Source of the DNA: an uncultured Alphaproteobacteria bacterium
Lineage (GTDB): Bacteria > Pseudomonadota > Alphaproteobacteria > HIMB59
Assembly (NCBI GenBank): GCA_902610255.1
Contig: CACLUX010000004.1
Location: forward strand, 5,605-69,604
Reading direction: 5' to 3'
Length of the DNA: 64,000 nucleotides
The position numbers and the translations under genes are program-made. Under the pieces are notes generated by a model. That model did not search any database. It saw only the letters and a program-made list of their open reading frames with translations, and was not told the DNA's origin. Below are positions 52,074 to 62,300 of this stretch, piece by piece; positions within the stretch are counted from its first letter, which is position 1; the number at the start of each line of letters is the position of its first letter.

Positions 52074-52265
52074 CTAATCTGGGAAATGACTTGTGATTAC
52101 AAATCCGATAGTTCCCACCAAAATAACGATAAAGGAATATGTGTACATCCACATAGCAAAAGGCTGCATCAGCATAAATACACCCAATAAAATTAAAACA
52201 GTTGATGCATTTTCCCAAATGGATCTTCTAAAAATTCTTCTCAATAAACTTTTTTTCTCAGCCAT
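52074..52265 (-). CDS. 63-aa 2-TM protein inside the ABC operon (start ATG 52265)
   Basis: MAEKKSLLRRIFRRSIWENASTVLILLGVFMLMQPF...SHFPD; TAATG coupling to the permease. Confidence 0.78.
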   Translation of the reverse strand: MAEKKSLLRRIFRRSIWENASTVLILLGVFMLMQPFAMWMYTYSFIVILVGTIGFVITSHFPD

Positions 52266-53209
52266 TATTTTCTTACCGCTCCGAATGTTATTCCCCTTAG
52301 AAGATGCTTTCTCAATACAACTGTAAATATCATCACTGGGATTAAAAATAATGTTGTCCCTGCTCCAATAGCAGGCCAATCAAGACCGCCCTCTCCTATA
52401 ATAGTTGGGATAAATGGTGGTGCAGTTTGTGCATTAAATTGTGTTAGTAAAACAGCAAATGCATATTCATTCCACGAAAATATCATGCAGAAAATTGCAG
52501 TTGCTGCAATACCTGTAGTTGCTTGGGGAAGGACTACTTTAAAAAATGCTTGCATTCTAGAGTAACCATCTATCATCGCAGCCTCCTCATACTCTCTCGG
52601 TATCTCATCCATAAAGCCTTTTAACAGCCAAACTGACAAACTTAAATTTACAACTGTATACAGAATAATCATGCCAACGTGAGTATCACCAAGACCAAGT
52701 TTTCTGTACATAATAAATATAGGTACTGCCACTGCTATTGGTGGGAACATTCTCGTAGATAAAATAAAAAATAATAAATCATCTTTCAGTGGGACTTTAA
52801 ATCTTGAAAGAGCGTAGGCAGCTAAGGAGCCTAAAAATACCGAAAAGAATGTGGCACCAAATCCAATTATTAAAGAATTGGAATACCTTGGTAAAAATTT
52901 TGATGGACCTGTTATGACCATTTCTCTACTGCGAACTAACTCCTCATACCATGTATCTGGTGGTGGAAGAGAGTCCAAATAATCCTTTGGTTGTCTTGAT
53001 CGATTTGTAAATAAATTCACATAGCCCTCTAAAGATGGTTCAAAAAAGACCTCTGGTGGGTAAGAGATAGCACTATCAACACTTTTAAAGCTTGTAGCAA
53101 CCATCCAAGTGATCGGTATAAGGGTTACGATCATGTAAACGATGATGATAGTGGCAGCTAATTTCCTTGAAAATCCTGTTGCTTCTAGTGGTGATCTTGA
53201 AGTGTCCAT
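52265..53209 (-). CDS. Carbohydrate ABC transporter permease 2
   Basis: AAYALSRF, EEAAMIDG, FSWNEY. Confidence 0.94.
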   Translation of the reverse strand: MDTSRSPLEATGFSRKLAATIIIVYMIVTLIPITWMVATSFKSVDSAISYPPEVFFEPSLEGYVNLFTNRSRQPKDYLDSLPPPDTWYEELVRSREMVITGPSKFLPRYSNSLIIGFGATFFSVFLGSLAAYALSRFKVPLKDDLLFFILSTRMFPPIAVAVPIFIMYRKLGLGDTHVGMIILYTVVNLSLSVWLLKGFMDEIPREYEEAAMIDGYSRMQAFFKVVLPQATTGIAATAIFCMIFSWNEYAFAVLLTQFNAQTAPPFIPTIIGEGGLDWPAIGAGTTLFLIPVMIFTVVLRKHLLRGITFGAVRK

Positions 53210-54111
53210 TATCGCTCTTTAATCTTGTTCATAACTTTTACATACACATTTCCAAAGCCGAATATGGTGACAAATAATATTACAGCAAAAGCAGAGCTGT
53301 AACCTGTTTTCCATTTTTCAAATGCTTCACGTTTTAAATTGATTGATGCTAGTTCAGTCGCCGATCCTGGACCCCCTGAAGTAAGCTCAGCTACCAGATC
53401 AAACATTTTGAAATTCTCGATCCCTCTAAATAATAATGCAAGAAGTAGAAAAGGAAGGACAGATGGCAATGTTATATGGATAAATTGCTGCCACTTACTA
53501 GCTCTGTCAACTTCTGCAGCCTCGTACAAATAATTTGGGATTGATCTTAATCCTGCCAGACAAATTAACATGGTAAAAGGTGTCCACATCCATGTATCGA
53601 CAATCACAATTGACCAAGGGGCTAAAGTGCTTGAACCAATCATATCAAAAATACCAAAGTCATAGAAAAAATTAACTACGTAATTAAATAAACCTACTTG
53701 AGGATTATATAAGTAAGTCCAAAATACACCTACGACTGCGGGGGAAAGCATCATTGGTAAAACTATTAAAGTAGTAAGTAGTTCATTGCCTTTAAATTTT
53801 TTATTTAAAAGAAGAGCAAGACCCAATCCAATTAATGCTTGTAAGACTAATGTCCAACAAACGAAGTGGGCAGTTATCTGCATCTTTTCCCATATCTCTT
53901 CTTTTCCTAAAATCTTTTTATAGTTTTTTAAACCCACAAATTTTACTTCTCTACCAATTTTATTGGCATAAAAGTTGGTGAATGACATCCTTATGGCATA
54001 GATGAGAGGATAAATATTTATAGCAAGTAATAGAATTAAAGTTGGTGCTATGAAAATCCAGGCTATTGCTTTATCAGATAAGCCTTTGAACTTTTTAACA
54101 GCACTTTTCAT
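53209..54111 (-). CDS. Carbohydrate ABC transporter permease 1
   Basis: FVGLKNY, DTWMWTPF, LYEAAEVD, GGPG. Confidence 0.94.
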   Translation of the reverse strand: MKSAVKKFKGLSDKAIAWIFIAPTLILLLAINIYPLIYAIRMSFTNFYANKIGREVKFVGLKNYKKILGKEEIWEKMQITAHFVCWTLVLQALIGLGLALLLNKKFKGNELLTTLIVLPMMLSPAVVGVFWTYLYNPQVGLFNYVVNFFYDFGIFDMIGSSTLAPWSIVIVDTWMWTPFTMLICLAGLRSIPNYLYEAAEVDRASKWQQFIHITLPSVLPFLLLALLFRGIENFKMFDLVAELTSGGPGSATELASINLKREAFEKWKTGYSSAFAVILFVTIFGFGNVYVKVMNKIKER

Positions 54112-54126
54112 ATATGTTTTAGATTG

Positions 54127-54150
54127 AAGGGCGGGATTAATCCCACCCTT
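54127..54150 (-). terminator. GC-rich hairpin after the binding-protein gene (attenuator or mRNA stabiliser)
   Basis: Minus strand AAGGGUGGGA-UUAA-UCCCGCCCUU; the U.G pair forms only on the minus strand. Confidence 0.65.
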
Positions 54151-54166
54151 TATATTAATTTAGTGA

Positions 54167-55477
54167 TTAAATTTTACCGTCGTCTTCGAAGACTTCAGTC
54201 CAATCATCAATGATTTTGTCTAATGCGTCTTTTGCAGAACCTTTTCCATTCACAACGTAGTCATGAATTCTCTCCTGCATTGGAAGCATTAATTCAACAA
54301 ATGTAGGCTCTTGCCAAAAGTCTTTGACGATGCCCATTGAGTCAAGGAAGCCTTGTGCGTAAACAGCTGAGTCAACGAAATCAGGTGATCCAAGAACATC
54401 CATATGACATGAATATCCTCCTAAATCCCACCATTTTTGTTGAATATCTGGCTTTGCAAACCACTTCATGTATTCAAGAGCCAAGTCTTGTTTATCAGAG
54501 TAACTCACAACTGAGATACCTTGACCACCAAGAGTAGCTGCACATACGTTTTGACATGGGTTAGCAAAGAAACCAGAAACTCTTCCGTCGCTGTCTTCTT
54601 TAGAAACGCCAGGCCAGAAAGCATACCAGTTCATTTGAAATGCAACCTGTCCTGATTTATATGCATCAAGATTTGCAACCATATAAGCATCTGAATGCCC
54701 TGGAGGTGCACAGTCTTCATACATTTTTCTATAAAATTCAACAGCCTCTACAGAAGCATCTGAGTTGAAGTAACCATCCATCTCGTATGGGTTATCAGGA
54801 TTTTCGTACTGCATACCCCATGCATACATGGCTGCTGTTACACCCATGGTGATACCTTCAGATCCACGCTCTGTATTGATAGCTGCACCGTATCTTACTT
54901 GTCCATCAATTTCTCTTCCTTGGAAGAAAGTACACATGTCATATAACTCATCCCAAGTTTTTGGAACACCTAGATCATATCCATGCTTACTTTTAAATTC
55001 AGCTTGAAGCTCTGGTCTATCAAACCAGTCTTTTCTATAAGCCCATGCTAAAGCATCACCCATTGCTGGAAGAGCGTAATAGTTAGGTGATCCTTTTGGC
55101 CATGTTGAATATGCGTAAACAGTTGCTGGGTTAAAATCATCCATTGAAATTCCGTTAGCATCAAAGAAATCATTTAGTTTAACATAGTGACCATACTCAG
55201 CACCTTGTCCAATCCACTGTGAGTCACCAATTAACAAGTCAAAAGTTTTACCTTGGTTATTTAACTCGTTAAGCATTCTCTCAGCAAAATTTGGCCATGG
55301 CACAAATTCGAAGTTCATTTCAACGCCTGTTTCAGCTGTAAATTCTTTACTTAGTTCTTGTAATGCATTAGCAGGATCCCAAGCGGCCCAGCCCAAAGTC
55401 AAAGACTCAGATTTAGCATTCAAAGAAAAAAGTAAGGCAAAAACAGGAACTAGAAATACAGATAGTATTTTTTTCAT
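54167..55477 (-). CDS. Sugar/polyol ABC transporter solute-binding protein (start ATG 55477)
   Basis: Signal peptide, SD GAGGAGG, WAAWDPANAL, GDSQWIG, TERGSEG. Confidence 0.92.
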   Translation of the reverse strand: MKKILSVFLVPVFALLFSLNAKSESLTLGWAAWDPANALQELSKEFTAETGVEMNFEFVPWPNFAERMLNELNNQGKTFDLLIGDSQWIGQGAEYGHYVKLNDFFDANGISMDDFNPATVYAYSTWPKGSPNYYALPAMGDALAWAYRKDWFDRPELQAEFKSKHGYDLGVPKTWDELYDMCTFFQGREIDGQVRYGAAINTERGSEGITMGVTAAMYAWGMQYENPDNPYEMDGYFNSDASVEAVEFYRKMYEDCAPPGHSDAYMVANLDAYKSGQVAFQMNWYAFWPGVSKEDSDGRVSGFFANPCQNVCAATLGGQGISVVSYSDKQDLALEYMKWFAKPDIQQKWWDLGGYSCHMDVLGSPDFVDSAVYAQGFLDSMGIVKDFWQEPTFVELMLPMQERIHDYVVNGKGSAKDALDKIIDDWTEVFEDDGKI

Positions 55478-55625
55478 GTTATTATTCCTCCTCTTTAATA
55501 ACAAAACTGGCTGATTATACAGTCTTTTTACATATTTATAAATGTAGATTATTCATAGTTTTAAAAACATTTTAAATAGCAGTTAACTGTAATATTATAG
55601 TTTGTCGCAGGAGGGGGGTTAAGCG

Positions 55626-56678
55626 ATGTCTATTAAAGGTCCAGCTATATTTTTAGCTCAATTTGCAGGTGATGATGCTCCGTTTAACAATTTAGAGAAT
55701 ATCTCAAAATGGGCTAGTGATTTGGGATACTTAGGTGTTCAGATACCTAGTTGGGATGAGAGGTTAATTAATTTAAAACAGGCTTCTGAAAGCAAAGATT
55801 ACTGTGACGAAATAAAAGGGACTCTTAAAAGTTTTAATTTAAATCTAACTGAGCTTTCGACACATCTCCAAGGTCAACTTGTAGCTGTTCATCCTGCATA
55901 TGACTCTGTATTTGATGGTTTTGCAGCCTCAGAGGTAAGAGGAAATCCAACTGCAAGGCAGCAATGGGCAGTTGATCAATTAATGATGGCCGCTAAGGCT
56001 TCGAAAAATTTTGGATTGACTGAACATGTTACTTTTTCAGGAGCATTGGCTTGGCCATATGTTTATCCATGGCCTCAAAGACCAGAAGGGTTAGTTGAAA
56101 CTGCATTTGATGAACTGGCTAAAAGGTGGAAACCTATTCTTAATGAATTTGATGAGTGTGGGGTGAATTTATGTTATGAAATTCATCCAGGCGAGGATCT
56201 TTTTGATGGAATAACTTTTGAAATGTTTCTAGATAAAGTGGGTAATCATGAACGCTGCAACATGTTATATGATCCAAGCCACTTTGTTTTGCAGCATTTA
56301 GATTATTTGCAGCATATTGACATTTATCACGAGAAAATAAAAATGTTTCATGTCAAAGACGCAGAACTAAATCCCACTGGTAAACAAGGAGTCTATAGTG
56401 GATTTCAATCTTGGAAAAACAGAGCAGGTCGATTTAGATCTTTAGGAGATGGGCAAGTAGATTTCAAGTCAATTTTCTCCAAACTTACTACTTACGGCTT
56501 TGATGGATGGGCTGTTTTAGAATGGGAGTGTGCTTTGAAACATCCTGAAGACGGAGCTAAAGAGGGCTCTGTATTTATTAAAGATCATTTGATTAGAGTT
56601 ACCGAGAATGCTTTCGATGATTTTGCCGATGCTGGTACTGATCAAGATGCGAACAAAAAAATGCTTGGAATTGAATGA
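55626..56678 (+). CDS. Sugar phosphate isomerase/epimerase (AP-endonuclease-2 TIM barrel, IolE/MocC-like)
   Basis: YEIHPGED, YDPSH, FHVKD, VLEWE metal ligands. Confidence 0.88.
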   Translation: MSIKGPAIFLAQFAGDDAPFNNLENISKWASDLGYLGVQIPSWDERLINLKQASESKDYCDEIKGTLKSFNLNLTELSTHLQGQLVAVHPAYDSVFDGFAASEVRGNPTARQQWAVDQLMMAAKASKNFGLTEHVTFSGALAWPYVYPWPQRPEGLVETAFDELAKRWKPILNEFDECGVNLCYEIHPGEDLFDGITFEMFLDKVGNHERCNMLYDPSHFVLQHLDYLQHIDIYHEKIKMFHVKDAELNPTGKQGVYSGFQSWKNRAGRFRSLGDGQVDFKSIFSKLTTYGFDGWAVLEWECALKHPEDGAKEGSVFIKDHLIRVTENAFDDFADAGTDQDANKKMLGIE

Positions 56679-56682
56679 TAAT

Positions 56683-57840
56683 ATGACCAATAAATTAAAA
56701 TTAGGAATGGTTGGTGGCGGCTCCGGAGCATTTATTGGAGAAGTTCACCGTATAGCATCTAGAATTGATGACCGCTTTGAACTGGTCGCTGGTGCCTTGT
56801 CATCCAATCCTGAAAAAGCTCAAGCCTCTGGCAGAGATATTGGAATAGCAGATGAAAGGAATTATAAGGACTACCTTGAAATGGTCGAAAAAGAATTGAT
56901 CAGAGAGGATAAAATAGATGCTGTAGCTATAGTGACACCAAATCATATGCACCATCCAATCGCTAAAGCTTTTATGGAGAAAGGTTTTAACATAATTTGT
57001 GACAAACCCCTTGCCATGAATGTTAATCAATGTGAGGAACTTATAAAATGTAAAAAAGACAATAACGTTCTTTTTGCTTTAACTCATAACTACACTGGTT
57101 ATCCCATGATTAGAAATGCCAGAGCTCTTTGTAAGAGAGGTGACTTAGGTGAAATAAGAGTAATTCAAGCAGAGTATGCTCAAGATTGGCTGACCGAAGA
57201 TTTAGAAAATAGAATTAATGATGGGGGAAACAAACAGGCCTCTTGGAGAACTGATCCTAATCAATCAGGTGCTGGTGGATGTATTGGTGACATTGGAACT
57301 CATGCTTACAATCTGATTAGGTTTATAACTGATCTCAATACAGAGGAGATATCTGCAGAGTTAACATCTTTTGTACCTGGGAGAAAATTAGATGATAATG
57401 CTCAAATATCGTTACGATTTAAAGGAGGAGCAAAAGGCACTATCTGGTCTTCACAAGTAGCCCCAGGAAATGAAAATCATTTACAAATAAGAATTTATGG
57501 TAATAAGGCCGGACTAGAATGGTGTCAAGAAGATCCAAATTACCTTTACTTTACAAAATTTGGAGAACCCAAACAAAAAATTACAAGAGGTGGATCAGGT
57601 GCTATGAGCGATGCGGGAGATGTTACTAGAATTCCTGCTGGGCACCCTGAGGGATATTTAGAGGGCTTTGCAAATATATATACTGATGTAGCTAATGCAC
57701 TAATTGATCAGAAAAATGGCAAATTTAATGAGGAAAATCATCATTTTCCAAGTGTAGAAGATGGACTTGAGGGTATTAAATTTATAGAAAGGTCAATCGC
57801 CTCAAGCTCATCAAATTCAAGCTGGGTAAATTTCAATTAA
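56683..57840 (+). CDS. Gfo/Idh/MocA NAD(P)-dependent oxidoreductase (start ATG 56683)
   Basis: GMVGGG, VTPNHMH, CDKP, GDIGTH, GHPEGY. Confidence 0.92.
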   Translation: MTNKLKLGMVGGGSGAFIGEVHRIASRIDDRFELVAGALSSNPEKAQASGRDIGIADERNYKDYLEMVEKELIREDKIDAVAIVTPNHMHHPIAKAFMEKGFNIICDKPLAMNVNQCEELIKCKKDNNVLFALTHNYTGYPMIRNARALCKRGDLGEIRVIQAEYAQDWLTEDLENRINDGGNKQASWRTDPNQSGAGGCIGDIGTHAYNLIRFITDLNTEEISAELTSFVPGRKLDDNAQISLRFKGGAKGTIWSSQVAPGNENHLQIRIYGNKAGLEWCQEDPNYLYFTKFGEPKQKITRGGSGAMSDAGDVTRIPAGHPEGYLEGFANIYTDVANALIDQKNGKFNEENHHFPSVEDGLEGIKFIERSIASSSSNSSWVNFN

Positions 57841-58790
57841 TTCCAACTAAGTTTTTTACGTGTATCCCAATAATCTTGAGTGGACAAACTAAAAGACTCA
57901 AGAGAGGGCAATTCGGTATCTATTTTTTCAAGACAACTTAAATTTTCATCTAACTGTTTGATTGTTGATGCTCCTGTTAGACAAATTTTAACAAACGGTA
58001 GTTGATAAACCCAAAGATAAGACAATTGCTCCAAAGTTAAATCCATAGATGAGGCAACTGACTTTAATTCTTTAATTTTGTTTTGATGAAATTCTTTATT
58101 TGAATTAGTTAGTCTTCCATTTGAGAAAATCTCTTTTGCAATTACATTGATCTTTTTTTCAGATACTTCTTTTAAAATGGAAATACAAGATTGGTCAAAG
58201 ATATTAATGGTCGTTTGTAAATAAGAAAATAGATTAAGTTTTTCATTCTTAATTAAAAGGTCATTAATAGTTTTCTCTTGATCTGGGCCACTTGTTGAGA
58301 TTCCTATTTCTATTCCATTTTTTTTTATTGTCTCAAGCTCCTTTAAAACATTAATATCATCTAAGACTTTACTTTCTGAATTGACAGAATGAATGTGATA
58401 TAGATCAATACTTTTTCCTAAATTAAGTCTTGTCTCCACCCATTGTTGTTTTAAAAATTCAACTGAGTGATCTTTTCTTTCATGTTGATCTGCCTGAACT
58501 TCCCAATTTGCTAAATATTCATAGCCCCACTTAGACCCCACAAAACCATCAAATTGTTTTTGAGCTCTAATCCAACTAGATAAAAATTCCTCAGCATCTC
58601 CATATACCCTTGCCGCATCGAAATATCGAATACCTCTCTTGTAAGCATGGCTAAGTACTTCGTGACAATGAGATCTCATAGAATTTTTTGATATGTCGCT
58701 GCCTAAATCTGAACTATGACCAATGTTTATATATCCGGGCCTCCCAAGAGAAGCCAATCCTAGGCCTATTTTATTGTCTAATTTAAACAA
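57837..58790 (-). CDS. Aldo/keto reductase
   Basis: GLGLASLGRPGY, FDAARVYG, SKWGY, LYHIHS. Confidence 0.88.
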   Translation of the reverse strand: MFKLDNKIGLGLASLGRPGYINIGHSSDLGSDISKNSMRSHCHEVLSHAYKRGIRYFDAARVYGDAEEFLSSWIRAQKQFDGFVGSKWGYEYLANWEVQADQHERKDHSVEFLKQQWVETRLNLGKSIDLYHIHSVNSESKVLDDINVLKELETIKKNGIEIGISTSGPDQEKTINDLLIKNEKLNLFSYLQTTINIFDQSCISILKEVSEKKINVIAKEIFSNGRLTNSNKEFHQNKIKELKSVASSMDLTLEQLSYLWVYQLPFVKICLTGASTIKQLDENLSCLEKIDTELPSLESFSLSTQDYWDTRKKLSWN

Positions 58791-59403
58791 TTATATGATT
58801 TGCTATTTGACTTTTTATTGTCAGTGGGTCAGTTAAATGAATAGTTTGAAAGCCAAGTGATTGCGCCGCCTCAATATTTTCAATACGATCATCAATGAAA
58901 AGAGTTTGTTCAGGTGTTAAATTAAATCTTGAAATCGCTAATTTATAAATTTCAGGGTCTGGTTTTACTAAAAATTCTCTACCAGAGATAATTTTATCAT
59001 CAAATTCTTTCAGGAATGGGTGTTGATCTTCCATACCCTCATAAGTCTCATCTGACCAGTTTGACAAGACATAGCAGGGGTAACCACTTGATTTTATTTT
59101 TCTAAAAATATCAACTGTATCTTGATAAACCCCATTAACCATATTCCTATGATTTGGATAATATTGCTTTATTTCATTCTCATAATTAGGGAAATTTTTT
59201 ATTGCATCTTTAACTGCATCATCAATTTTTACCCCAGCATCGCATCTCATATCTAGATGAGGAAACGCGATTGTATTCATAAAATATTCTCTTTTAGTTT
59301 GATCAGGAATGATATTTTTAAATACATAATGTGGATCCCAATCAAAAAAAACATTACCTAAATCAAATAGAAATTTTGTAATTTTCATCGAATTAATCGA
59401 CAA
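58783..59403 (-). CDS. HAD-family phosphatase
   Basis: FDLGNV, LSNW, KPDPEIY, FIDD. Confidence 0.9.
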   Translation of the reverse strand: MSINSMKITKFLFDLGNVFFDWDPHYVFKNIIPDQTKREYFMNTIAFPHLDMRCDAGVKIDDAVKDAIKNFPNYENEIKQYYPNHRNMVNGVYQDTVDIFRKIKSSGYPCYVLSNWSDETYEGMEDQHPFLKEFDDKIISGREFLVKPDPEIYKLAISRFNLTPEQTLFIDDRIENIEAAQSLGFQTIHLTDPLTIKSQIANHIIV

Positions 59404-60700
59404 AAAAATTAATTAGATTTTCAAGATATTCTTGGCGACCGGACTTTGGTTGAGGGTTTATATTTTTAGCAATGACATTTTTATGAATATCTTCAAGAGA
59501 CATTGAAGTCATTAGTTGTTTTTCAGAAGCCCACTGTTCATATCTTTGTTTTAAAAAATTCTCATAACTACTATCATTAATCATTTTTTCAACAGCAATA
59601 AGAGTTCTAGCACAAGTATCCATAGAGCCGATATGTGCATAGAATAGATCCTCAGGATCTATTGATTGCCTTCTAATCTTAGCATCCATGTTAAGACCTC
59701 CTGAGGAAAAACCGCCATTTTTAAAAATATAGTAAAAAGGCAAAACTAATTCTTCTACATTGTTAGGGAATTGGTCTGTATCCCATCCTACTAAGTAGTC
59801 TCCTCTGTTAATATCAATACTCCCAAAGATGTCATTGGAAAGTGCATATGCAATCTCGTGCTCGAATGAATGTTTTGCTAAAATAGCGTGATTTTGCTCG
59901 ATATTTAGCTTGAATTCTTTTTCTAAACCATATTTTTGAAGAAATGCGAAAACATTAGCAGAGTCAAAATCATATTGATGTTTCGTTGGCTCATGGGGTT
60001 TCGGCTCAATGAGGAGTAGACCCTTAAAACCAATTTTGTGCTTATGCTCAGCTACCATGTTCAAAAATCTACCAAGCTGATCATATTCTTGTTTCATATT
60101 AGTATTTAAAATTGTTTCGTAACCCTCTCTGCCTCCCCATAAAACATAATTTTGTCCACCTAAAAACATTGTATTTTCCATACACATCTTCACTTGAGCA
60201 GCTGCATATTGAAAAACATCAGGATCAGGATTAGTAGCAGCACCAGACATGTACCTGCGGTGGCTGAATAAATTTGCTGTTCCCCAAAGAAGTTTTACTT
60301 TACTTGTTTCAAGTTTTTTTGAAATTTCATCGATAATGGTTTTTTGAATTTTTTCTGTCTCCGAAAAACTTTTACCCTCTGGAGCAACATCTACGTCATG
60401 AAAACAGAAATATGGTATTCCTAATTTTTCAAAAAAATCGAATGCATTATTGAGCTTATCTTTTGCTTGTTCTATTTTATCTCCTGCTTCCATCCATGGT
60501 CTTAAAAATGTCTGTCCTCCAAAAGGGTCACCCCCTGGCCAATTAAAAGTGTGCCAGTAACATACTGCCATTCTCAGATGTTCCTCTAATGTTTTTCCTA
60601 GAATTTTTTTATTAGCATCATAAAATTTAAATGAAAGTGGATTTGTAGAGTCTCTACCTTCATATTTAATTGTAGGTATATCTTTGAAATAATCAGACAT
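59393..60700 (-). CDS. xylA: Xylose isomerase (class II)
   Basis: [44 protein letters not shown]. Confidence 0.97.
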   Translation of the reverse strand: MSDYFKDIPTIKYEGRDSTNPLSFKFYDANKKILGKTLEEHLRMAVCYWHTFNWPGGDPFGGQTFLRPWMEAGDKIEQAKDKLNNAFDFFEKLGIPYFCFHDVDVAPEGKSFSETEKIQKTIIDEISKKLETSKVKLLWGTANLFSHRRYMSGAATNPDPDVFQYAAAQVKMCMENTMFLGGQNYVLWGGREGYETILNTNMKQEYDQLGRFLNMVAEHKHKIGFKGLLLIEPKPHEPTKHQYDFDSANVFAFLQKYGLEKEFKLNIEQNHAILAKHSFEHEIAYALSNDIFGSIDINRGDYLVGWDTDQFPNNVEELVLPFYYIFKNGGFSSGGLNMDAKIRRQSIDPEDLFYAHIGSMDTCARTLIAVEKMINDSSYENFLKQRYEQWASEKQLMTSMSLEDIHKNVIAKNINPQPKSGRQEYLENLINFFVD

Positions 60701-60703
60701 AAA

Positions 60704-61657
60704 TTAATCGTAATAAAACATTGGGGCTTTTTTAAATTCTTCCCAAGCATGCGGGTCGTGCCCTGTGACTACTGTAGCATTTTTGTCTTTTGCAATTTTT
60801 TTGAGTTTTTTTACAGAGTCAACAACGTCAACAGCAGAGCAAACAAGACCTGGTAGTGTTAAATTGTTCCAATGATCCATTGTGTAAGCTGCATCTATAG
60901 TAAGCAATAAATAACCTGAATTTGGTAAATTAACTAAAAAAGACTGATGGCCCGGTGCATGCCCCGGAGTAAAAATTACAATTATTGATCCGTCGCCATA
61001 TAAGTCATAAAAGTCATCATTTTTATCTCTTAAAAATTTCCAATTAATTCCAGGTTTATCAAAGTCTTTTCTAATATAAGCAGGCTTTGAGAACCAATCA
61101 GGATTAAAAGCATAATCATATTCCTTTTGTTGAACTAGGTGTGTTGCATTAGGAAACCTTCCAACACCACCTGAGTGATCGAGGTGAAGATGAGAATGTA
61201 AGACATATCTTATACCTGCTGGATTAACCCCAATAGAGTTAAGTTGATCAATACAATTTTCAGTTTTTCCCATAATTGGATCATAAGCTGCAACAACAGA
61301 ACCCCAATGAGCATGTTTATCTTCACTGACCTCTTTTGCATTGCCTCCGTCAATGACCACATCCCCTTTTGGGTGTCTTATCAAAAACCATGGAACAGGT
61401 ATCTCAAAGTCCTCATTAGATTGATTCATTTTTATATATTTCATTTTCGTTTTTAGAGTTCCGGTCTGGAACATATAGAGCCTCATGTCAGTAGAAACTT
61501 GTGAGTTCGTAAAGTGACTATATTCTTTTTTTGACTCCTCAATTGCTTCTTTTATGGAATATTCTTTAACTTTTTGATCTGTTTGTTTATTTGTAATAAT
61601 TTTATCAAATTGATCTAAATCAGATTTTTTGTAACTAACGCTTAATTTTTTTTCCAT
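60704..61657 (-). CDS. attM: AttM/BlcC-type N-acyl homoserine lactone / gamma-butyrolactone lactonase with a 57-aa N-terminal extension
   Basis: MRLYMFQTGTLK, IPVPWFLI, SHLHLDH, TPGHAPGHQS, TIDAAY, GHDP. Confidence 0.85.
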   Translation of the reverse strand: MEKKLSVSYKKSDLDQFDKIITNKQTDQKVKEYSIKEAIEESKKEYSHFTNSQVSTDMRLYMFQTGTLKTKMKYIKMNQSNEDFEIPVPWFLIRHPKGDVVIDGGNAKEVSEDKHAHWGSVVAAYDPIMGKTENCIDQLNSIGVNPAGIRYVLHSHLHLDHSGGVGRFPNATHLVQQKEYDYAFNPDWFSKPAYIRKDFDKPGINWKFLRDKNDDFYDLYGDGSIIVIFTPGHAPGHQSFLVNLPNSGYLLLTIDAAYTMDHWNNLTLPGLVCSAVDVVDSVKKLKKIAKDKNATVVTGHDPHAWEEFKKAPMFYYD

Positions 61658-61933
61658 CTACTTAAATTCTATCTCAATAAATTTATAAATAAAATCATTG
61701 TTATTAAATACATTGTGGTTAACTCCCTTTTCTCTAAAGTAGGATCCACCTTTTGCTAGTTTTGAAATTGATACCTCACCATCATGATTAACAATTTTTA
61801 GTTCCCCATCTAACAAGGGCACTACCACATAATCGTATTCATGAATATGCTGGCCAGTTGAGTCCCCAACTTCAAAAGACCACTCTGTAACTCTAGTTTT
61901 TTGATTATCAATCATGACATTGGCTTTAGCCAT
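61658..61933 (-). CDS. BauB-like small cupin (start ATG 61933)
   Basis: IDNQKTRVTEW, TGQHIHEYDYVVVP, GVNHNV. Confidence 0.8.
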   Translation of the reverse strand: MAKANVMIDNQKTRVTEWSFEVGDSTGQHIHEYDYVVVPLLDGELKIVNHDGEVSISKLAKGGSYFREKGVNHNVFNNNDFIYKFIEIEFK

Positions 61934-61937
61934 GTCG

Positions 61938-62297
61938 TTAGATATTTCTACAGGGTACGCTCTCAGCTTTTTCAGCCTTAAGAGCTTCGGCAGCTTTTGT
62001 TGCTTTTTCAACTGAGTCGAAAACAAGTTCAGGAAAAAGAACAAAAGGTTTTGCTCTATCAGCACTGAGCTGTCCAACACACCAGGTTTTACCGGGTTCA
62101 ACACACATGACCATATATGTCCCAGGAATAGGACCATAATGTCTATTATTCAAAGCAAAAAGGCACTCTGCCATATCGTTTAATTTATCGATGTCTAGAT
62201 TTTGAAGTGCTTTTTTTTCTAATTCATTTAACGGAGTATCCAGAGCGCCAAGTGTCTCTTTCCCCCATGGAATCTCCTGCATATTTTGTTTTTTCAT
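61938..62297 (-). CDS. N,N-dimethylformamidase small (alpha) subunit-like protein
   Basis: GTYMVMCVEPGKTWCVGQLSADRAKPFVLFPELVFDSVEKA resembles the DmfA1 C-terminal module; 3 nt after the large subunit. Confidence 0.55.
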   Translation of the reverse strand: MKKQNMQEIPWGKETLGALDTPLNELEKKALQNLDIDKLNDMAECLFALNNRHYGPIPGTYMVMCVEPGKTWCVGQLSADRAKPFVLFPELVFDSVEKATKAAEALKAEKAESVPCRNI

Positions 62298-62300
62298 AGT

